Positions 40,335 to 51,079 of a stretch of 64,000 bases of DNA are shown here, piece by piece. A program made the translations under genes and the position numbers. The notes beneath the pieces were generated by a model. It worked only from the letters and a program-made list of their open reading frames with translations. It was not told where the DNA came from and made no database searches. Origin of the DNA: an uncultured Clostridia bacterium (GTDB taxonomy: Bacteria; Bacillota; Clostridia; TANB77; CAG-508); contig CAPIEU010000003.1 in assembly GCA_948630815.1 (NCBI GenBank), positions 64,178-128,177 on the forward strand, read 5' to 3'. Position 1 is the stretch's first letter, and each line of letters begins with the position of its first letter.

Positions 40335-40862
40335 TTACTGTAACGCTCGCCGTTCTGAAAACACACAACCACAATATTTTTGCATATATAGTCCACGTTC
40401 TCTTGCAATTTTTTGTCCTTCTCTAAATCCCACTCTAAAATCTCTATATATAAATTCAATGCCATATTCTTTTGAAAGATTTTCACATACTTCTTTTAAT
40501 ACTTCATGTTTTTGATATGGGCTTACTAGTAATGTTGTTGTAAACGCATCATATCCATGTTCTTTTGCATATCTTACTGTTTTTTCTAAACGAACCCTAT
40601 AGCAGTAATTTGAACATCTATTTTTTAAATCACCTATTACATTTTTACAAAACTCATCTAATCCATATTCTTCTTCAAATATTGCTTCAATATTAATACT
40701 TTTAGCATATTCCTTTAAGCAATCTCTTCTTGCCATATATTCTGTATATGGATGTATGTTTGGATTGTACCAATAAAGACTAGGTTCTATTCCTTCTTTT
40801 CTTAAAGTATCTATACAATAAACACTGCATGGTGCACAGCATGTATGCATTAGTAATTTCAT
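40335..40862 (-). CDS. queH: epoxyqueuosine reductase QueH
   Basis: 175 aa. MKLLMHTCCAPCSVYCIDTL...YWYNPNIHPYTEY...YCGCVFSE matches QueH/DUF208. An in-frame CGG at 40350-40352 sits 6 codons before the stop. The +1 frame is open for 22 more codons, to 40286. Confidence 0.85.
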   Translation of the reverse strand: MKLLMHTCCAPCSVYCIDTLRKEGIEPSLYWYNPNIHPYTEYMARRDCLKEYAKSINIEAIFEEEYGLDEFCKNVIGDLKNRCSNYCYRVRLEKTVRYAKEHGYDAFTTTLLVSPYQKHEVLKEVCENLSKEYGIEFIYRDFRVGFREGQKIARERGLYMQKYCGCVFSERRALQ

Positions 40863-41006
40863 TTCTTGCTTCCTTTCTTCTTACAGGGTGATTTCATCAT
40901 TTATTACAATTTGTAATAAATGATGAAATTATCATATTCTTCTTATTATTACTATTCTTTTTTGTAAACCGCTTCTATGAAAGTAATATATTTAATTATT
41001 CTCTTC

Positions 41007-42860
41007 TTATTTACACTTCACAATTCCACCTGAATTGTTTTCAAAAACTATATTGCCTAATTCGTGTATTCTTTGTTTTAATAATTTATAATAATCTGTT
41101 CTATTAAAATAAATTATATAATCAGCATTTTCTATATCATTTTTTGCATTTAACATTTTCATTGTAAGTCCATTTTGTCCTTTTCCAGTATATATGTTGT
41201 CTTTATTATTTAAATATCTTGTTAATGTATACGCCCAATAACCCTGTTCCATATCTCCTATAATTTCTACTTTGTTATCATAACTTATATTATCTTTTAA
41301 ATATTTTAATAGTTCTAGTTCTTCTAAATAAAAATCAGTTTTTTTATATTTTAGGATTGTTTTATTTGCTCCAAACACTTCTACTAGAGTGGTTGGTCTT
41401 TCATTTGGATTTAATTCCCTATTTTCTAACGTGGTGTTTACAAATAATAAGTTTAGTACTATTAGTATAATATAGAAACCTACTATTCCAAAAGAAACTT
41501 TAGGATATTTCTTATATATTTCCACTAATCCTTTGTAGTTTAAATAAAATAGAATAAACCATAAGGCAAAATAGTTTTTACTTAAATAATATATCGATAC
41601 TTTTCCAAGTGTAAAGCCAAATAGTAATAATTCTATAAAAGCTATACAAAATATCATATTCATTAAAGCAAACTTATTATCTTTCCACTTTTTTATTGCT
41701 AGATATATAGGAATTGGCAGTAATAATAACATATTAGAATATAAATTTACATATATATATCCATATGTTGCAAATCCTTTTCCAACTAAAGATGATGAAT
41801 AGTTAAAGATTGTTTCAGCATTTAGGTTTTGGTTTATTATTACCCCATATATTTCTGGTGCTAAATGATATATAAATCCTAAGAAAAATGGTATTAATAG
41901 GGTTGTTATTAATAAAATTATATTCTTTTTTGTAAATATACTTTTATCTCTTTCATAGCTACAAATACAAAAATATATCCATAATGCAGAATATAAAAAT
42001 GGTACAAACATATAATATGCACTAAATATACCAAAATTTAGTAACGCAAATATTAATACACTATATGAGAACTTTAATTGTTGATTTTTAAAATAATATA
42101 CCATGTCAAATACCAAGCATATAAGAAGTATTCCCATGCTTAAATATTCAAAGCCAAATAAGAAGCTATTTAGTGGATATCCTATTGTATATATTAGGCT
42201 AACTACAAATGCCAAAAAACGCATCTTTTTATCTACCGCAAATGTAGATATTGTTGTATACATTGATGATGCAGTTATAAATAATATAAATATTCCAAAG
42301 GCTATAAATATATTGTAATTATAAAATGGATCTATAACTCCATCTAAGCATTTCATTATTAACCCAGAATTTACATATGAAACTGTCTTTCTTGTAATAA
42401 AATTATTATAAGCTTCATCTATCTGTTTTACTAACAATGAATCATTTTCGCTAAACATTGTTGATGTTAAATAATGTACTGACGGATCGCCTGTTTCATA
42501 TTTAATATTAAATGGAACTCCAAAATTTAGATATGATACTATTAGCACTGTAATTCCTAATATCGCTATATATAGTATATCTATTTTGTTCATTTCATAT
42601 TTTTGTATCTGTTTTTTCCATAATATTAATGCAATAAGAATTACTGAAAATATAATATTAATTATTGATAAACTTGTTAATGTAATGGGTATTAAAAAGA
42701 ATGTTAGCACATAACTTATAAATGTATTATAACAAAAAATTACTCCTACCATTATATTTATAAAACTAAGTATATTTAACTTTTTGTCTGTTTTTTTAAT
42801 AAGTATGAAACTTATTACTAGTATCATTAATGACAAAATATAAATTATTTGCATCTGCAT
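41007..42860 (-). CDS. polytopic membrane protein with a C-terminal extracytoplasmic domain (GT-C-like)
   Basis: 617 aa with about 13 TM helices followed by a ~150-aa soluble domain. Family unknown. Confidence 0.45.
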   Translation of the reverse strand: MQMQIIYILSLMILVISFILIKKTDKKLNILSFINIMVGVIFCYNTFISYVLTFFLIPITLTSLSIINIIFSVILIALILWKKQIQKYEMNKIDILYIAILGITVLIVSYLNFGVPFNIKYETGDPSVHYLTSTMFSENDSLLVKQIDEAYNNFITRKTVSYVNSGLIMKCLDGVIDPFYNYNIFIAFGIFILFITASSMYTTISTFAVDKKMRFLAFVVSLIYTIGYPLNSFLFGFEYLSMGILLICLVFDMVYYFKNQQLKFSYSVLIFALLNFGIFSAYYMFVPFLYSALWIYFCICSYERDKSIFTKKNIILLITTLLIPFFLGFIYHLAPEIYGVIINQNLNAETIFNYSSSLVGKGFATYGYIYVNLYSNMLLLLPIPIYLAIKKWKDNKFALMNMIFCIAFIELLLFGFTLGKVSIYYLSKNYFALWFILFYLNYKGLVEIYKKYPKVSFGIVGFYIILIVLNLLFVNTTLENRELNPNERPTTLVEVFGANKTILKYKKTDFYLEELELLKYLKDNISYDNKVEIIGDMEQGYWAYTLTRYLNNKDNIYTGKGQNGLTMKMLNAKNDIENADYIIYFNRTDYYKLLKQRIHELGNIVFENNSGGIVKCK

Positions 42861-43861
42861 TCTCCTTTATTCATTCCCAAATGCGTATACGCATCTGGCA
42901 TTGCTACTCTTCCCCTTGGTGTACGTGTTAAAAAACCAATTTGAATTAAATATGGTTCATATACATCTTCTATAGTTTCTACTTCTTCTCCTATTGTTAC
43001 AGCCAACGTTTCTAAACCTACTGGACCACCTTTATATTGTTCAATAATTGTTTTTAATATTTTTCTGTCTATTTCATCTAAACCTAGTTCATCTATTTCT
43101 AATTTATTTAAAGCAATTTTTGCTATTTCTAATGTAATTTTTCCATCTCCTAAAACTGCTGCATAATCTCTAACCCTTTTTAATATTCTATTTGCAATTC
43201 TAGGCGTCCCTCTAGAACGTCTTGCCATTTCATTTATTGCATTTTCTTCAATTTCTACTCCTAAAATTGTAGCTGATCTTTTTATTATTTGTGCAAGTTG
43301 TTCTGGATTATAGAGTTCAAGTCTTGATACTATTCCAAATCTATCTCTTAGTGGTGTTGTAAGTGAACCTGCTTTTGTTGTAGCTCCTATTAAAGTAAAT
43401 TTAGGAAGATCAAGTCTTATAGACCTTGCACTTGGTCCTTTGCCTATTATAATATCTAAACTAAAATCTTCTAATGCAGGATATAATATTTCTTCTACTG
43501 TTTTATTTAATCTATGTATTTCATCTATAAAAAGCACATCAAATTCTGTAAGATTTGTAAGAATCGCTGCTAAATCTCCTGGTTTTTCAATTGCTGGTCC
43601 TGAGGTTATTTTGATATTAGAATTCATTTCATTTGCTATTATGTTAGATAATGTAGTTTTTCCAAGTCCAGGAGGTCCATATAATAAAACATGGTCAAGA
43701 GGCTCACCTCTTTTTTTGGCTGCCTCTATATATATTTTCATATTTTCTTTTACTTTATCTTGTCCAATATATTCTTTTAATTCCTTTGGTCTTAATGATG
43801 TTTCTAATTTTTCTTCTTCTACCGATTCTAATTCTGGACTAGTTATATTTTCATATTCCAT
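42845..43861 (-). CDS. ruvB: Holliday junction branch migration ATPase RuvB
   Basis: 338 aa. Walker [20 protein letters not shown] and a winged-helix C-terminus. No ruvA is found upstream. Confidence 0.9.
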   Translation of the reverse strand: MEYENITSPELESVEEEKLETSLRPKELKEYIGQDKVKENMKIYIEAAKKRGEPLDHVLLYGPPGLGKTTLSNIIANEMNSNIKITSGPAIEKPGDLAAILTNLTEFDVLFIDEIHRLNKTVEEILYPALEDFSLDIIIGKGPSARSIRLDLPKFTLIGATTKAGSLTTPLRDRFGIVSRLELYNPEQLAQIIKRSATILGVEIEENAINEMARRSRGTPRIANRILKRVRDYAAVLGDGKITLEIAKIALNKLEIDELGLDEIDRKILKTIIEQYKGGPVGLETLAVTIGEEVETIEDVYEPYLIQIGFLTRTPRGRVAMPDAYTHLGMNKGECRCK

Positions 43862-43890
43862 GGATTCTACACCTCATATAATATAATTTA

Positions 43891-43977
43891 TAGGGGCAGG
43901 CTACGTTAGTCCACCCTTCTATTTATCTATTAATAATTCAGTTCTACTGGGGGCAGACACAGGGCCTGCCTCTACAT
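43891..43977. repeat. two degenerate REP-like elements between ruvB and rpiA
   Basis: TAGGGGCAGGCTACGTTAGTCCACCC at 43891-43916 and GGGGGCAGACACAGGGCCTGCCTCTACAT at 43949-43977. Confidence 0.6.
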
Positions 43978-43994
43978 TTTTTATTTATAATTTC

Positions 43995-44720
43995 CTATTT
44001 TTCTATAATTACATTATATCCAATAAATAAACCTGTTTCTACTACTCCTACTATGCTTTTTAATCTTTTTTCTAAAGTTTCATCTACATTTCTAAAAACT
44101 GTATCTAAAATAACATTTCCTGACTCTGTTATAACTGGACCATCTTTTCCTTTTGCTAGTCTTAATATTATAGATTCAGCTCCCATAGCTAAAATTGCTT
44201 GTCTTACATAGTTTATTGCTCTAGGTGTAACTTCAACTGGTATTGGAAATTTATCACATATATTATTTACAAATTTAGATTCATCTACTAATATATATGT
44301 AAAACTTGAACTAACAATGTTTAACTTTTCTCTATACATTGCAGCTCCTCTACCTTTTACTAACCAGTTTTTATCATTTACTTCATCAGCACCATCAAAA
44401 CTCCAATCTGGTTTCTTTTCCATTAAACTTGCTGTTTCAATTCCTAGCTCATTACATAATAAATTAATTTCATATGATGTTGGAATTGCAGTTATTCGTA
44501 AATTTTCTTCTTTAACTTTTTTAGCTATTTCTTTTGTTGCAACAAAAGATGTAGACCCTGAACCAACACCTATACAATCTCCATCTTTTACTTTTTGGGC
44601 AATTTTTTTAGCAATTCTTAATTTCTCCTCATAGTTAGAAATTTCTCCATTCCATTCCATTTTTTGTACTATTTCTTTGTTCCAATTCATACTAATTCTT
44701 CTCCTTTTATTATAATCCAA
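43995..44720 (-). CDS. rpiA: ribose-5-phosphate isomerase A
   Basis: 241 aa. GVGSGSTSF substrate-binding motif plus the DGADEVD and KGRGAA motifs. Confidence 0.85.
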   Translation of the reverse strand: MDYNKRRRISMNWNKEIVQKMEWNGEISNYEEKLRIAKKIAQKVKDGDCIGVGSGSTSFVATKEIAKKVKEENLRITAIPTSYEINLLCNELGIETASLMEKKPDWSFDGADEVNDKNWLVKGRGAAMYREKLNIVSSSFTYILVDESKFVNNICDKFPIPVEVTPRAINYVRQAILAMGAESIILRLAKGKDGPVITESGNVILDTVFRNVDETLEKRLKSIVGVVETGLFIGYNVIIEK

Positions 44721-44723
44721 TAT

Positions 44724-44750
44724 GAGCAGACACAGGATCTGCCCCTACAA
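44724..44750. repeat. degenerate REP-like element
   Basis: GAGCAGA-CACAGGA-TCTGCCCCTACAA. Confidence 0.55.
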
Positions 44751-44762
44751 TTAATTTTTACA

Positions 44763-46661
44763 TTAATTCTTTTCTATTATTGTTGATAATTGTGCATAGG
44801 TATCTGTTGATAGTAATTGTTTTGATATAACCTTACCATCTAATTTTAAAATTCTATATGCTCTAGATTTATATCCTGCATGACCTTTTTGTACTGTTTT
44901 TGTAGTTCCTACTGGAAGTGAAGTATTTGTTCTATATTCTGTTTTCATAGGAATAACTTGTAATGTTTCAGATTGAATTATAACATCATATTCAACTTCT
45001 TCTTTACACCCATATATGTCCACTTTTATTTTTCCACCTGTTACAGTAGAAACAATTTTAATTGGATATTTTCTTGAATTTTTAAATATAAACTCTGGTC
45101 CTCCCCATGATACTGTTGCATCTGTGCTTAGTGGTACATATCCTGTCGCAAATCTGTGATTTGATCTTTTTACAATTTCTAAATTAGCACGTAATACAGT
45201 ATTATATAAGGTAGAAGATACTTGACATATTCCTCCTCCTATATCATTTACAACTTTACCTCCCACATACACTGGTGCTGATTTATATCCTTTGCCTATA
45301 GTTCTTTGTCCTACTACATTATTATACGAAAACTCTTCACCTGGCATTAATACAACACCATTTATTTTATTTGAAGAAAGTTTTATATTTGTAGTTCTAT
45401 TAAAATTTGATGCTGAAAATGAAGTAGTATATGTTGCAAGTAAATCTGGAAATGCTTCAGTTCCAATTTGATTTGTGGTTATATTTGGATTTGTTATTTT
45501 AAGTGGTACTACTATAGTATCTCCACTATTATTTACTAATGATTTTGCCTCTTCTAAACTTATATTAAAATCCACACCAACAATATGTGGATATATTGTA
45601 AATGGTTCTTTTTGGTAATATGCGTCTTTTGCTTCTTTATATATTTCTTTATGTATTTTTTCTATATCTATATTATCTGGTTCTTGTTCTATAATAGGTA
45701 TATCTATGAGTTCTTCTTCAGTTATTAAGTTAATAATGTTATTTAATATTAAGTTTTTTAATTCTTCTTTTTTTACTGAATATCCTAATTTACCTCTTGT
45801 TATAATTAAATTGTTATTCTCTATATTATATGAACTATTTAAAACTTTATCTGGTAAGTTTTCATTAGTTTCATTTATAATACTCGTTAATTTTTCTTCG
45901 TTACAAGCAAAAGAAGGCTGTATATTTACTTTAGCTAAATTTGCATTTATAATAGCATAATTATCTTTTAAAAGTTTTCCACTTCTTCCTATACTATATG
46001 CTATATCCAGTGCTTCATCTATTCCAAATTTTGCTTCTATTTCATCAAGACTAATTTCTTTACAATATTCATTATGTTTTAATTTAATGGTTTGATTTAT
46101 CTTTTTTTGATATTCTTTAGTTAATTTTTCTTTTGCTTCATCATATGTAAGACCTGAAACCTCTATTTTATTTATATAAACTCCATTTACTATTTTGTTA
46201 CTTTTTCTATTTATTAGTCCAAATACTGTTGAAAATACTACTAGTCCTATAAATAGTAAAATAGAAATTACAGTTATTGCTATAGAATATTTATGTAAAA
46301 AATCTATCTTTTTTGTTTCACTAATTTCACTTTCTACATTTATTTCATTTTCTTGGTGTTCATCTTCTTTTTCATTTTGTTCAATCATACTATCTGTTTC
46401 TATACATTTTGTTTCCTCTACAATATTTTCTTCACTTTGTTCTAATTCAATAGTTGCTTCTTTTTCTTCTATATCTTTGTCATTAGCTATGTCATCCTTT
46501 TGGTCTATAATTTCTTCTATGTCTTCAATTTCTTTATTTTGATTTGTTTCTTCACTAACAGTTTCATTTTCTTTTACTTTTTTATCATTTGTTTTTACTA
46601 CTACTTCTTCTTTATCATTTGTCAAATCTCCTTTTGATTTTTTTTCTTTTACTTTACTCAA
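44763..46661 (-). CDS. VanW family protein with N-terminal acidic low-complexity region and TM anchor
   Basis: 632 aa. Central VanW domain (GEEFSYNNVVGQRT...GYKSAPVY...GGGICQVSSTLYN) and a G5-like C-terminus. Confidence 0.75.
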   Translation of the reverse strand: MSKVKEKKSKGDLTNDKEEVVVKTNDKKVKENETVSEETNQNKEIEDIEEIIDQKDDIANDKDIEEKEATIELEQSEENIVEETKCIETDSMIEQNEKEDEHQENEINVESEISETKKIDFLHKYSIAITVISILLFIGLVVFSTVFGLINRKSNKIVNGVYINKIEVSGLTYDEAKEKLTKEYQKKINQTIKLKHNEYCKEISLDEIEAKFGIDEALDIAYSIGRSGKLLKDNYAIINANLAKVNIQPSFACNEEKLTSIINETNENLPDKVLNSSYNIENNNLIITRGKLGYSVKKEELKNLILNNIINLITEEELIDIPIIEQEPDNIDIEKIHKEIYKEAKDAYYQKEPFTIYPHIVGVDFNISLEEAKSLVNNSGDTIVVPLKITNPNITTNQIGTEAFPDLLATYTTSFSASNFNRTTNIKLSSNKINGVVLMPGEEFSYNNVVGQRTIGKGYKSAPVYVGGKVVNDIGGGICQVSSTLYNTVLRANLEIVKRSNHRFATGYVPLSTDATVSWGGPEFIFKNSRKYPIKIVSTVTGGKIKVDIYGCKEEVEYDVIIQSETLQVIPMKTEYRTNTSLPVGTTKTVQKGHAGYKSRAYRILKLDGKVISKQLLSTDTYAQLSTIIEKN

Positions 46662-46902
46662 AATTTTACTCCCCTAAATTCAAAATACATCGTGCTATAA
46701 TTATATTCATAGTACGATGTATATATTATCATATAAACGAAAAACTAACAAGATTTTTTAACTATTTTTGACTTATTTTTATTAATGTATTGCAGTTTTA
46801 TCTATTTAATGCTAATATAATATTGTTTAGCATTTATATCTATAAAATTTTTAGATTTTCTGTCTAAAATATTTTCCCAAAAATTAGTTTTATAGTAAAG
46901 GA

Positions 46903-47734
46903 GTTGGTTTTATCGAACTATTAGAATTAAAAAATGATTATACTTTTAAAAGAGTATTTGGTTATGCAGGTAATGAAGATATTACTATTGGATTATTAAA
47001 TTCTATTCTTAAAGAAAATGTATCTAAAATTACTCTTAATTGTAATCCTATATTAGAACAGGATTTATTCAATGATAAAATTGGCATTTTAGATATTAGA
47101 GCTAAAATAAATAATAATATTGATTGTGATATAGAAATGCAGTTATTAAATCAAAATAATATTGAAAAAAGAATTTTATTTTATCTTAGTAAAATGTATT
47201 CTCGGCAATATAGAAACAGGACAAGATTATAGTAAAATTAATAAATGTATTTCCATTCTTTTTATAGATTTCAATATTAATAATTTAAAGAACATACATA
47301 AATATATAACAAAATGGAATTTAAGAGAAGAAAAATATACTAATATTATCTTGACAGATGCAATTGAGATTTATATAATAGAGATGTCTAAAGTGCTACA
47401 ATATAAAGAAAATTCAAAATTAGATACTTGGATAAAATTTATTATTAATTCGGGTGATATTGATATGAAAGATGCTGATGAGTCTATGAAAAAAGCAAAA
47501 AAAGTATTAACTGAAATTAGCAAAGATGAACATGAAAGATATTTAGCTCATTTAAGACAAAAATTTATTTTAGACCAAAAAGCTATTGAAGAAACTGGCT
47601 TTGAAAAGGGCTTTAAGCAAGGTTCTAAAGAAAGTACAAAAGAAATAGCAAAAAAGCTAAAACAAAGAAATATATCTATTACTGATATTATAGAAATAAC
47701 AGGTTTAACGAAGAATGAAATAGAAATGTTATAA
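46903..47734 (+). pseudogene. Rpn-family recombination-promoting nuclease/putative transposase (PDDEXK_7/Transposase_31), lacking a canonical start and interrupted at an in-frame CGG (47203-47205)
   Basis: LELKNDYTFKRVFGYAGNEDITIGLLNSILKEN...DCDIEMQLLNQ is Rpn N-terminal. There is no ATG/GTG/TTG between the upstream stop and this region. At the junction tat tct CGG caa; the +1 frame gives SKMYSGNIETGQDYSKINKCISILFIDF, continuous with ORF 47162..47734. The C-terminus has the Rpn-typical GFEKGFKQG repeats. Confidence 0.65.
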
Positions 47735-47880
47735 ATCATTATTTAAAAATGCTAAACAAAATACGCCAAAATAATAATTTTAAAGTATTATTTTGGCGTA
47801 AATTTATTTTATCAATTTTTGACCTAAAATCGCTGTAAATTAATAGTTTGATTCTAACTAGTAACGAAAAGTATTTTTCC

Positions 47881-48001
47881 AATCTACATTTTATAATCCT
47901 TGGTGTCGCAACCTACGTTTTACACATTTAGATGTAGGTTGCTCCAAATCGCCTTTCGCTTCACTCCAGTTGATCGCTTACGTGGCTTAAAAATGTAGAT
48001 T
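47881..48001. mobile_element. MITE-like element: 12-bp terminal inverted repeats (AATCTACATTTT / AAAATGTAGATT) around a GC-richer core with an internal 9-bp hairpin
   Basis: The inverted repeats are at 47881-47892 and 47990-48001. An internal hairpin GCAACCTAC...GTAGGTTGC lies at 47908-47942. TTCC flanks both ends, a possible target-site duplication. GC is higher than the surrounding intergenic DNA. Confidence 0.5.
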
Positions 48002-48050
48002 TCCAAGATTACTTTTGTTACTATTAAATAAAACCCATTATATAGTAACC

Positions 48051-49841
48051 TTAAAATATCTCCTCAAATTCTTCTTCTGTTACAGTTTCTTTTTCTAATA
48101 ACAATTCAGCTAAAGTTTGTAATTTATCTGTATTTTTTGAAAGTATATTTATGGCTTCTTTATAAGCATTATCTATTAATGTTTTTACCTCTACTCCTAT
48201 TACATCTTCTATATTTTGTCCAAAAACAGCTAAGTTATCTTTATCTTCTAATGAAATTGGTCCTAAAGTTTCGCTCATTCCATATGCAATAACCATATCT
48301 CTAGCAATTTCTGTTGCTACTTGTATATCATTTCTTGCACCTGTTGAAATATCATTTAATGCTATTTTTTCAGCAGCACGTCCTCCAAGAAGTCCAACTA
48401 GTCTTTCTTCTAGCTCTGTTTTTGAACGATAAAATTTGTCCTCATTTGTTTTATACATTGTATATCCACCAGCTACACCTCTTGGTATTATTGATATTTC
48501 TTTTAGTGGATCACAATTATTTAAAAATCTTCCTACTATAGCATGTCCTGCTTCATGGTATGCTGTTAATCTCTTTTCTTTATCAGATATTACTCTTGTC
48601 TTTTTTTGTATTCCTACTGATACCTTTTTTACTGCCTCTTCAATGTCTTCTTGTTCAATGACAGAATGTTTATTTACAGTTGCAATAATTGCTGCTTCAT
48701 TTAAAATATTTGCAAGTTCAGCTCCAGTATATCCCGCTGTATCTTCTGCAATGCTTTTTAATGTTACATTATCAGCAAATTTCTTTTCTTTAGAATGAAT
48801 TTTAAGTATTTCCTCTCTACCTCTAACATCTGGTGGTGCTATTGTAATTTGCCTGTCAAATCTTCCTGGACGAAGTAATGCTTTATCTAGCATTTCTGGT
48901 CTATTAGTTGCTGCAAGCACTATAATTGTTTCATTTTTCTCAAATCCATCCATTTCAACCAGTAATTGATTTAAAGTTTGATTATTTTCGCTTTCTGCTC
49001 CACTGTTTGATGTACGCCTTGAACCTATAGCATCTATTTCATCTATAAACACTATACAAGGTGATATTTTTCTTGCTTTTTCAAATAGTTTTCTAACACG
49101 TGATGCACCAAGTCCTGCAAACATTTCGATAAACTCAGAACCACTCATTGAAATAAATGGAACTCCTGCTTCTCCTGCAATTGCTTTTGCAATAAGTGTT
49201 TTTCCTGTACCTGGCTTACCATATAGTAAAATCCCCTTAGGAATTTTAGCACCCATTTCATGAAATCGTTTTGGTTCTTTTAAAAAGTCGACTATTTCTA
49301 CAAGCTCTGCCTTTTCTTCATCAAGTCCAGCAACATCTGCAAATTTTATATCGGTTTTATTTTCTACACCATCATAAACCTTACCTTTATCTCCAAGCCC
49401 CTGCATTTTAAATATTAGCACAAATAATGCAACCATCATAAGAGTAGGTAATAAACTTAGTAATGTAGTTGGAATTTTCAAAAATACATTTTGTTGTTTT
49501 TGAATTAAATTAATTTCATTCCCTTTATCTATTTTTTCACTTTGAATAAGCTCAATAAAGGCTTGTGTACTAGGTACAATTGCACTTTTCTCCTCTTCTT
49601 CCCCTTTTAATTTAACCTTAATAGACGTACTTCCTACTATCATTTCTATTTTTTCAACATTTTCATCAGTAATTTCTTTTAGTAAATCTGTATAAGAAAT
49701 ATTTTTTTCTTCATCTTCTCCTTTTTTATTAATCATATATAGTCCATACATTATTATAGCAATTAATAAAATTCCAATTAGTAATATTAATAAATATAAA
49801 CTTGTTTTCTTATTTTTTTTATTATTTTCTTTCTTATCCAT
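48051..49841 (-). CDS. ftsH: ATP-dependent zinc metalloprotease FtsH
   Basis: 596 aa. Walker A GPPGTGKT, second region of homology, and the HEAGH zinc site. Confidence 0.95.
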   Translation of the reverse strand: MDKKENNKKNKKTSLYLLILLIGILLIAIIMYGLYMINKKGEDEEKNISYTDLLKEITDENVEKIEMIVGSTSIKVKLKGEEEEKSAIVPSTQAFIELIQSEKIDKGNEINLIQKQQNVFLKIPTTLLSLLPTLMMVALFVLIFKMQGLGDKGKVYDGVENKTDIKFADVAGLDEEKAELVEIVDFLKEPKRFHEMGAKIPKGILLYGKPGTGKTLIAKAIAGEAGVPFISMSGSEFIEMFAGLGASRVRKLFEKARKISPCIVFIDEIDAIGSRRTSNSGAESENNQTLNQLLVEMDGFEKNETIIVLAATNRPEMLDKALLRPGRFDRQITIAPPDVRGREEILKIHSKEKKFADNVTLKSIAEDTAGYTGAELANILNEAAIIATVNKHSVIEQEDIEEAVKKVSVGIQKKTRVISDKEKRLTAYHEAGHAIVGRFLNNCDPLKEISIIPRGVAGGYTMYKTNEDKFYRSKTELEERLVGLLGGRAAEKIALNDISTGARNDIQVATEIARDMVIAYGMSETLGPISLEDKDNLAVFGQNIEDVIGVEVKTLIDNAYKEAINILSKNTDKLQTLAELLLEKETVTEEEFEEIF

Positions 49842-49872
49842 TTATAATTTCCTTTCTTAATCTCCAGAAATA

Positions 49873-50985
49873 TTATTTCCTTGCGGTGCAAGACCGCGAA
49901 TCTCCAAGTCCTGTTTCTTTTCCTTTTTCTTCTTTTTTATCCTTTTTCTTTTCATCTTTGTCTTTTTTATCTTTAGGTTCTTTTTTATTTTCTTCATCTT
50001 TTCTTCTTTGTTGCTCTTCTATTTCCTTTTTAACTTTTTCTTGTTCTTCTATAATTTTCATAAGTTCTGCTTGTCTATTTATTAAATCTGTTTTAATCAT
50101 AAGTATTGCTACAATCATATAAATATATGATATTGTTGTATACATCCAAGTGAAATATTTTATTTCAAGTCCAGTAGTAGAATTAATTATAATATATACC
50201 ATATTTAGTAAAATTGGTAAAGTTAAAGCATATACCCCCATATTAAAAGTAGCTTTAAATCTTAATCTAATTCCAAGTATTCTAGCAAAAATAAATCCTA
50301 ATATTCCAAGCATTATAACATCAGCCATTGTACTTACAAAATATACTGTAAATAAATATATTACTATTACTACAAAAAAGCTAACATACAAATTTATATT
50401 ATTAGTATTAGCAATAAATGTTAGCACATCTTCCTTTTCAAATTCACTAATTTCATACACACTTGCAATATCTTTATATTCATATGTTATACTTTTAGTT
50501 AACATTTCATTTTTATAAATAAATCTATCTTTTAAAAATAAAATTCCATTTGCATAAGTACTAATTTCATTTTCGTAGTTTCTTTCTTGTTCTTTTGTTG
50601 CATTAGTACTAATAATAACTATTGGCAATACTTCTTTAGAATTAGTAAGTTTTAGCTCTTCTCCTGAATTAATGCTTAAATTATTATCTTTATAACTAAC
50701 TTCACTAATATTACTTTTAAAATAATCTATAGCATTATTTATAGATACACTAAACTTATAAGTAAATAAACTTGCAATTACTATAGAAAAAATTAGAATA
50801 ATTAAAGCTAAATAAGCTATTGCTTTTCTAGTTCTTTCTGTAGCAAAAATTGCATATTTTTCAAAGTCTTTTATGCTTGTTATAATTTTATTAAAAAAAT
50901 TCATATTTCGGTTATCTTCTGTCATTTTATTTCTCCCTTGCAATTTTATTAACTCGTTTTTTTCTTTAAGAAATAATATATTCAT
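49873..50985 (-). CDS. hypothetical membrane protein (DUF1189-like) with a Lys/Glu/Asp-rich C-terminal tail
   Basis: 370 aa with multiple TM helices and a charged low-complexity tail. An in-frame CGG at 49894-49896 sits 7 codons before the stop, inside a small GC-rich palindrome. Confidence 0.45.
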   Translation of the reverse strand: MNILFLKEKNELIKLQGRNKMTEDNRNMNFFNKIITSIKDFEKYAIFATERTRKAIAYLALIILIFSIVIASLFTYKFSVSINNAIDYFKSNISEVSYKDNNLSINSGEELKLTNSKEVLPIVIISTNATKEQERNYENEISTYANGILFLKDRFIYKNEMLTKSITYEYKDIASVYEISEFEKEDVLTFIANTNNINLYVSFFVVIVIYLFTVYFVSTMADVIMLGILGFIFARILGIRLRFKATFNMGVYALTLPILLNMVYIIINSTTGLEIKYFTWMYTTISYIYMIVAILMIKTDLINRQAELMKIIEEQEKVKKEIEEQQRRKDEENKKEPKDKKDKDEKKKDKKEEKGKETGLGDSRSCTARK

Positions 50986-51079
50986 TTTTAGAAATGGAGT
51001 ATGTGGAGTCTATGAAAGTCACTCTCCAGTGTCAAAACTTCTAAAAATAAATATATTACTTCCTAAGATTTGGCTCATC

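Noticed and set aside
40286-40486. Independent 66-aa gene overlapping the queH 3' end
   Set aside because: It has no ribosome-binding site or start context of its own. Its openness is better explained as the +1 continuation of queH after the in-frame CGG.
47881-48001. tRNA or other structured RNA gene in the GC-richer intergenic block
   Set aside because: It has no cloverleaf, no GTTCRANYC T-loop and no anticodon-arm geometry. The terminal inverted repeats fit a MITE better.
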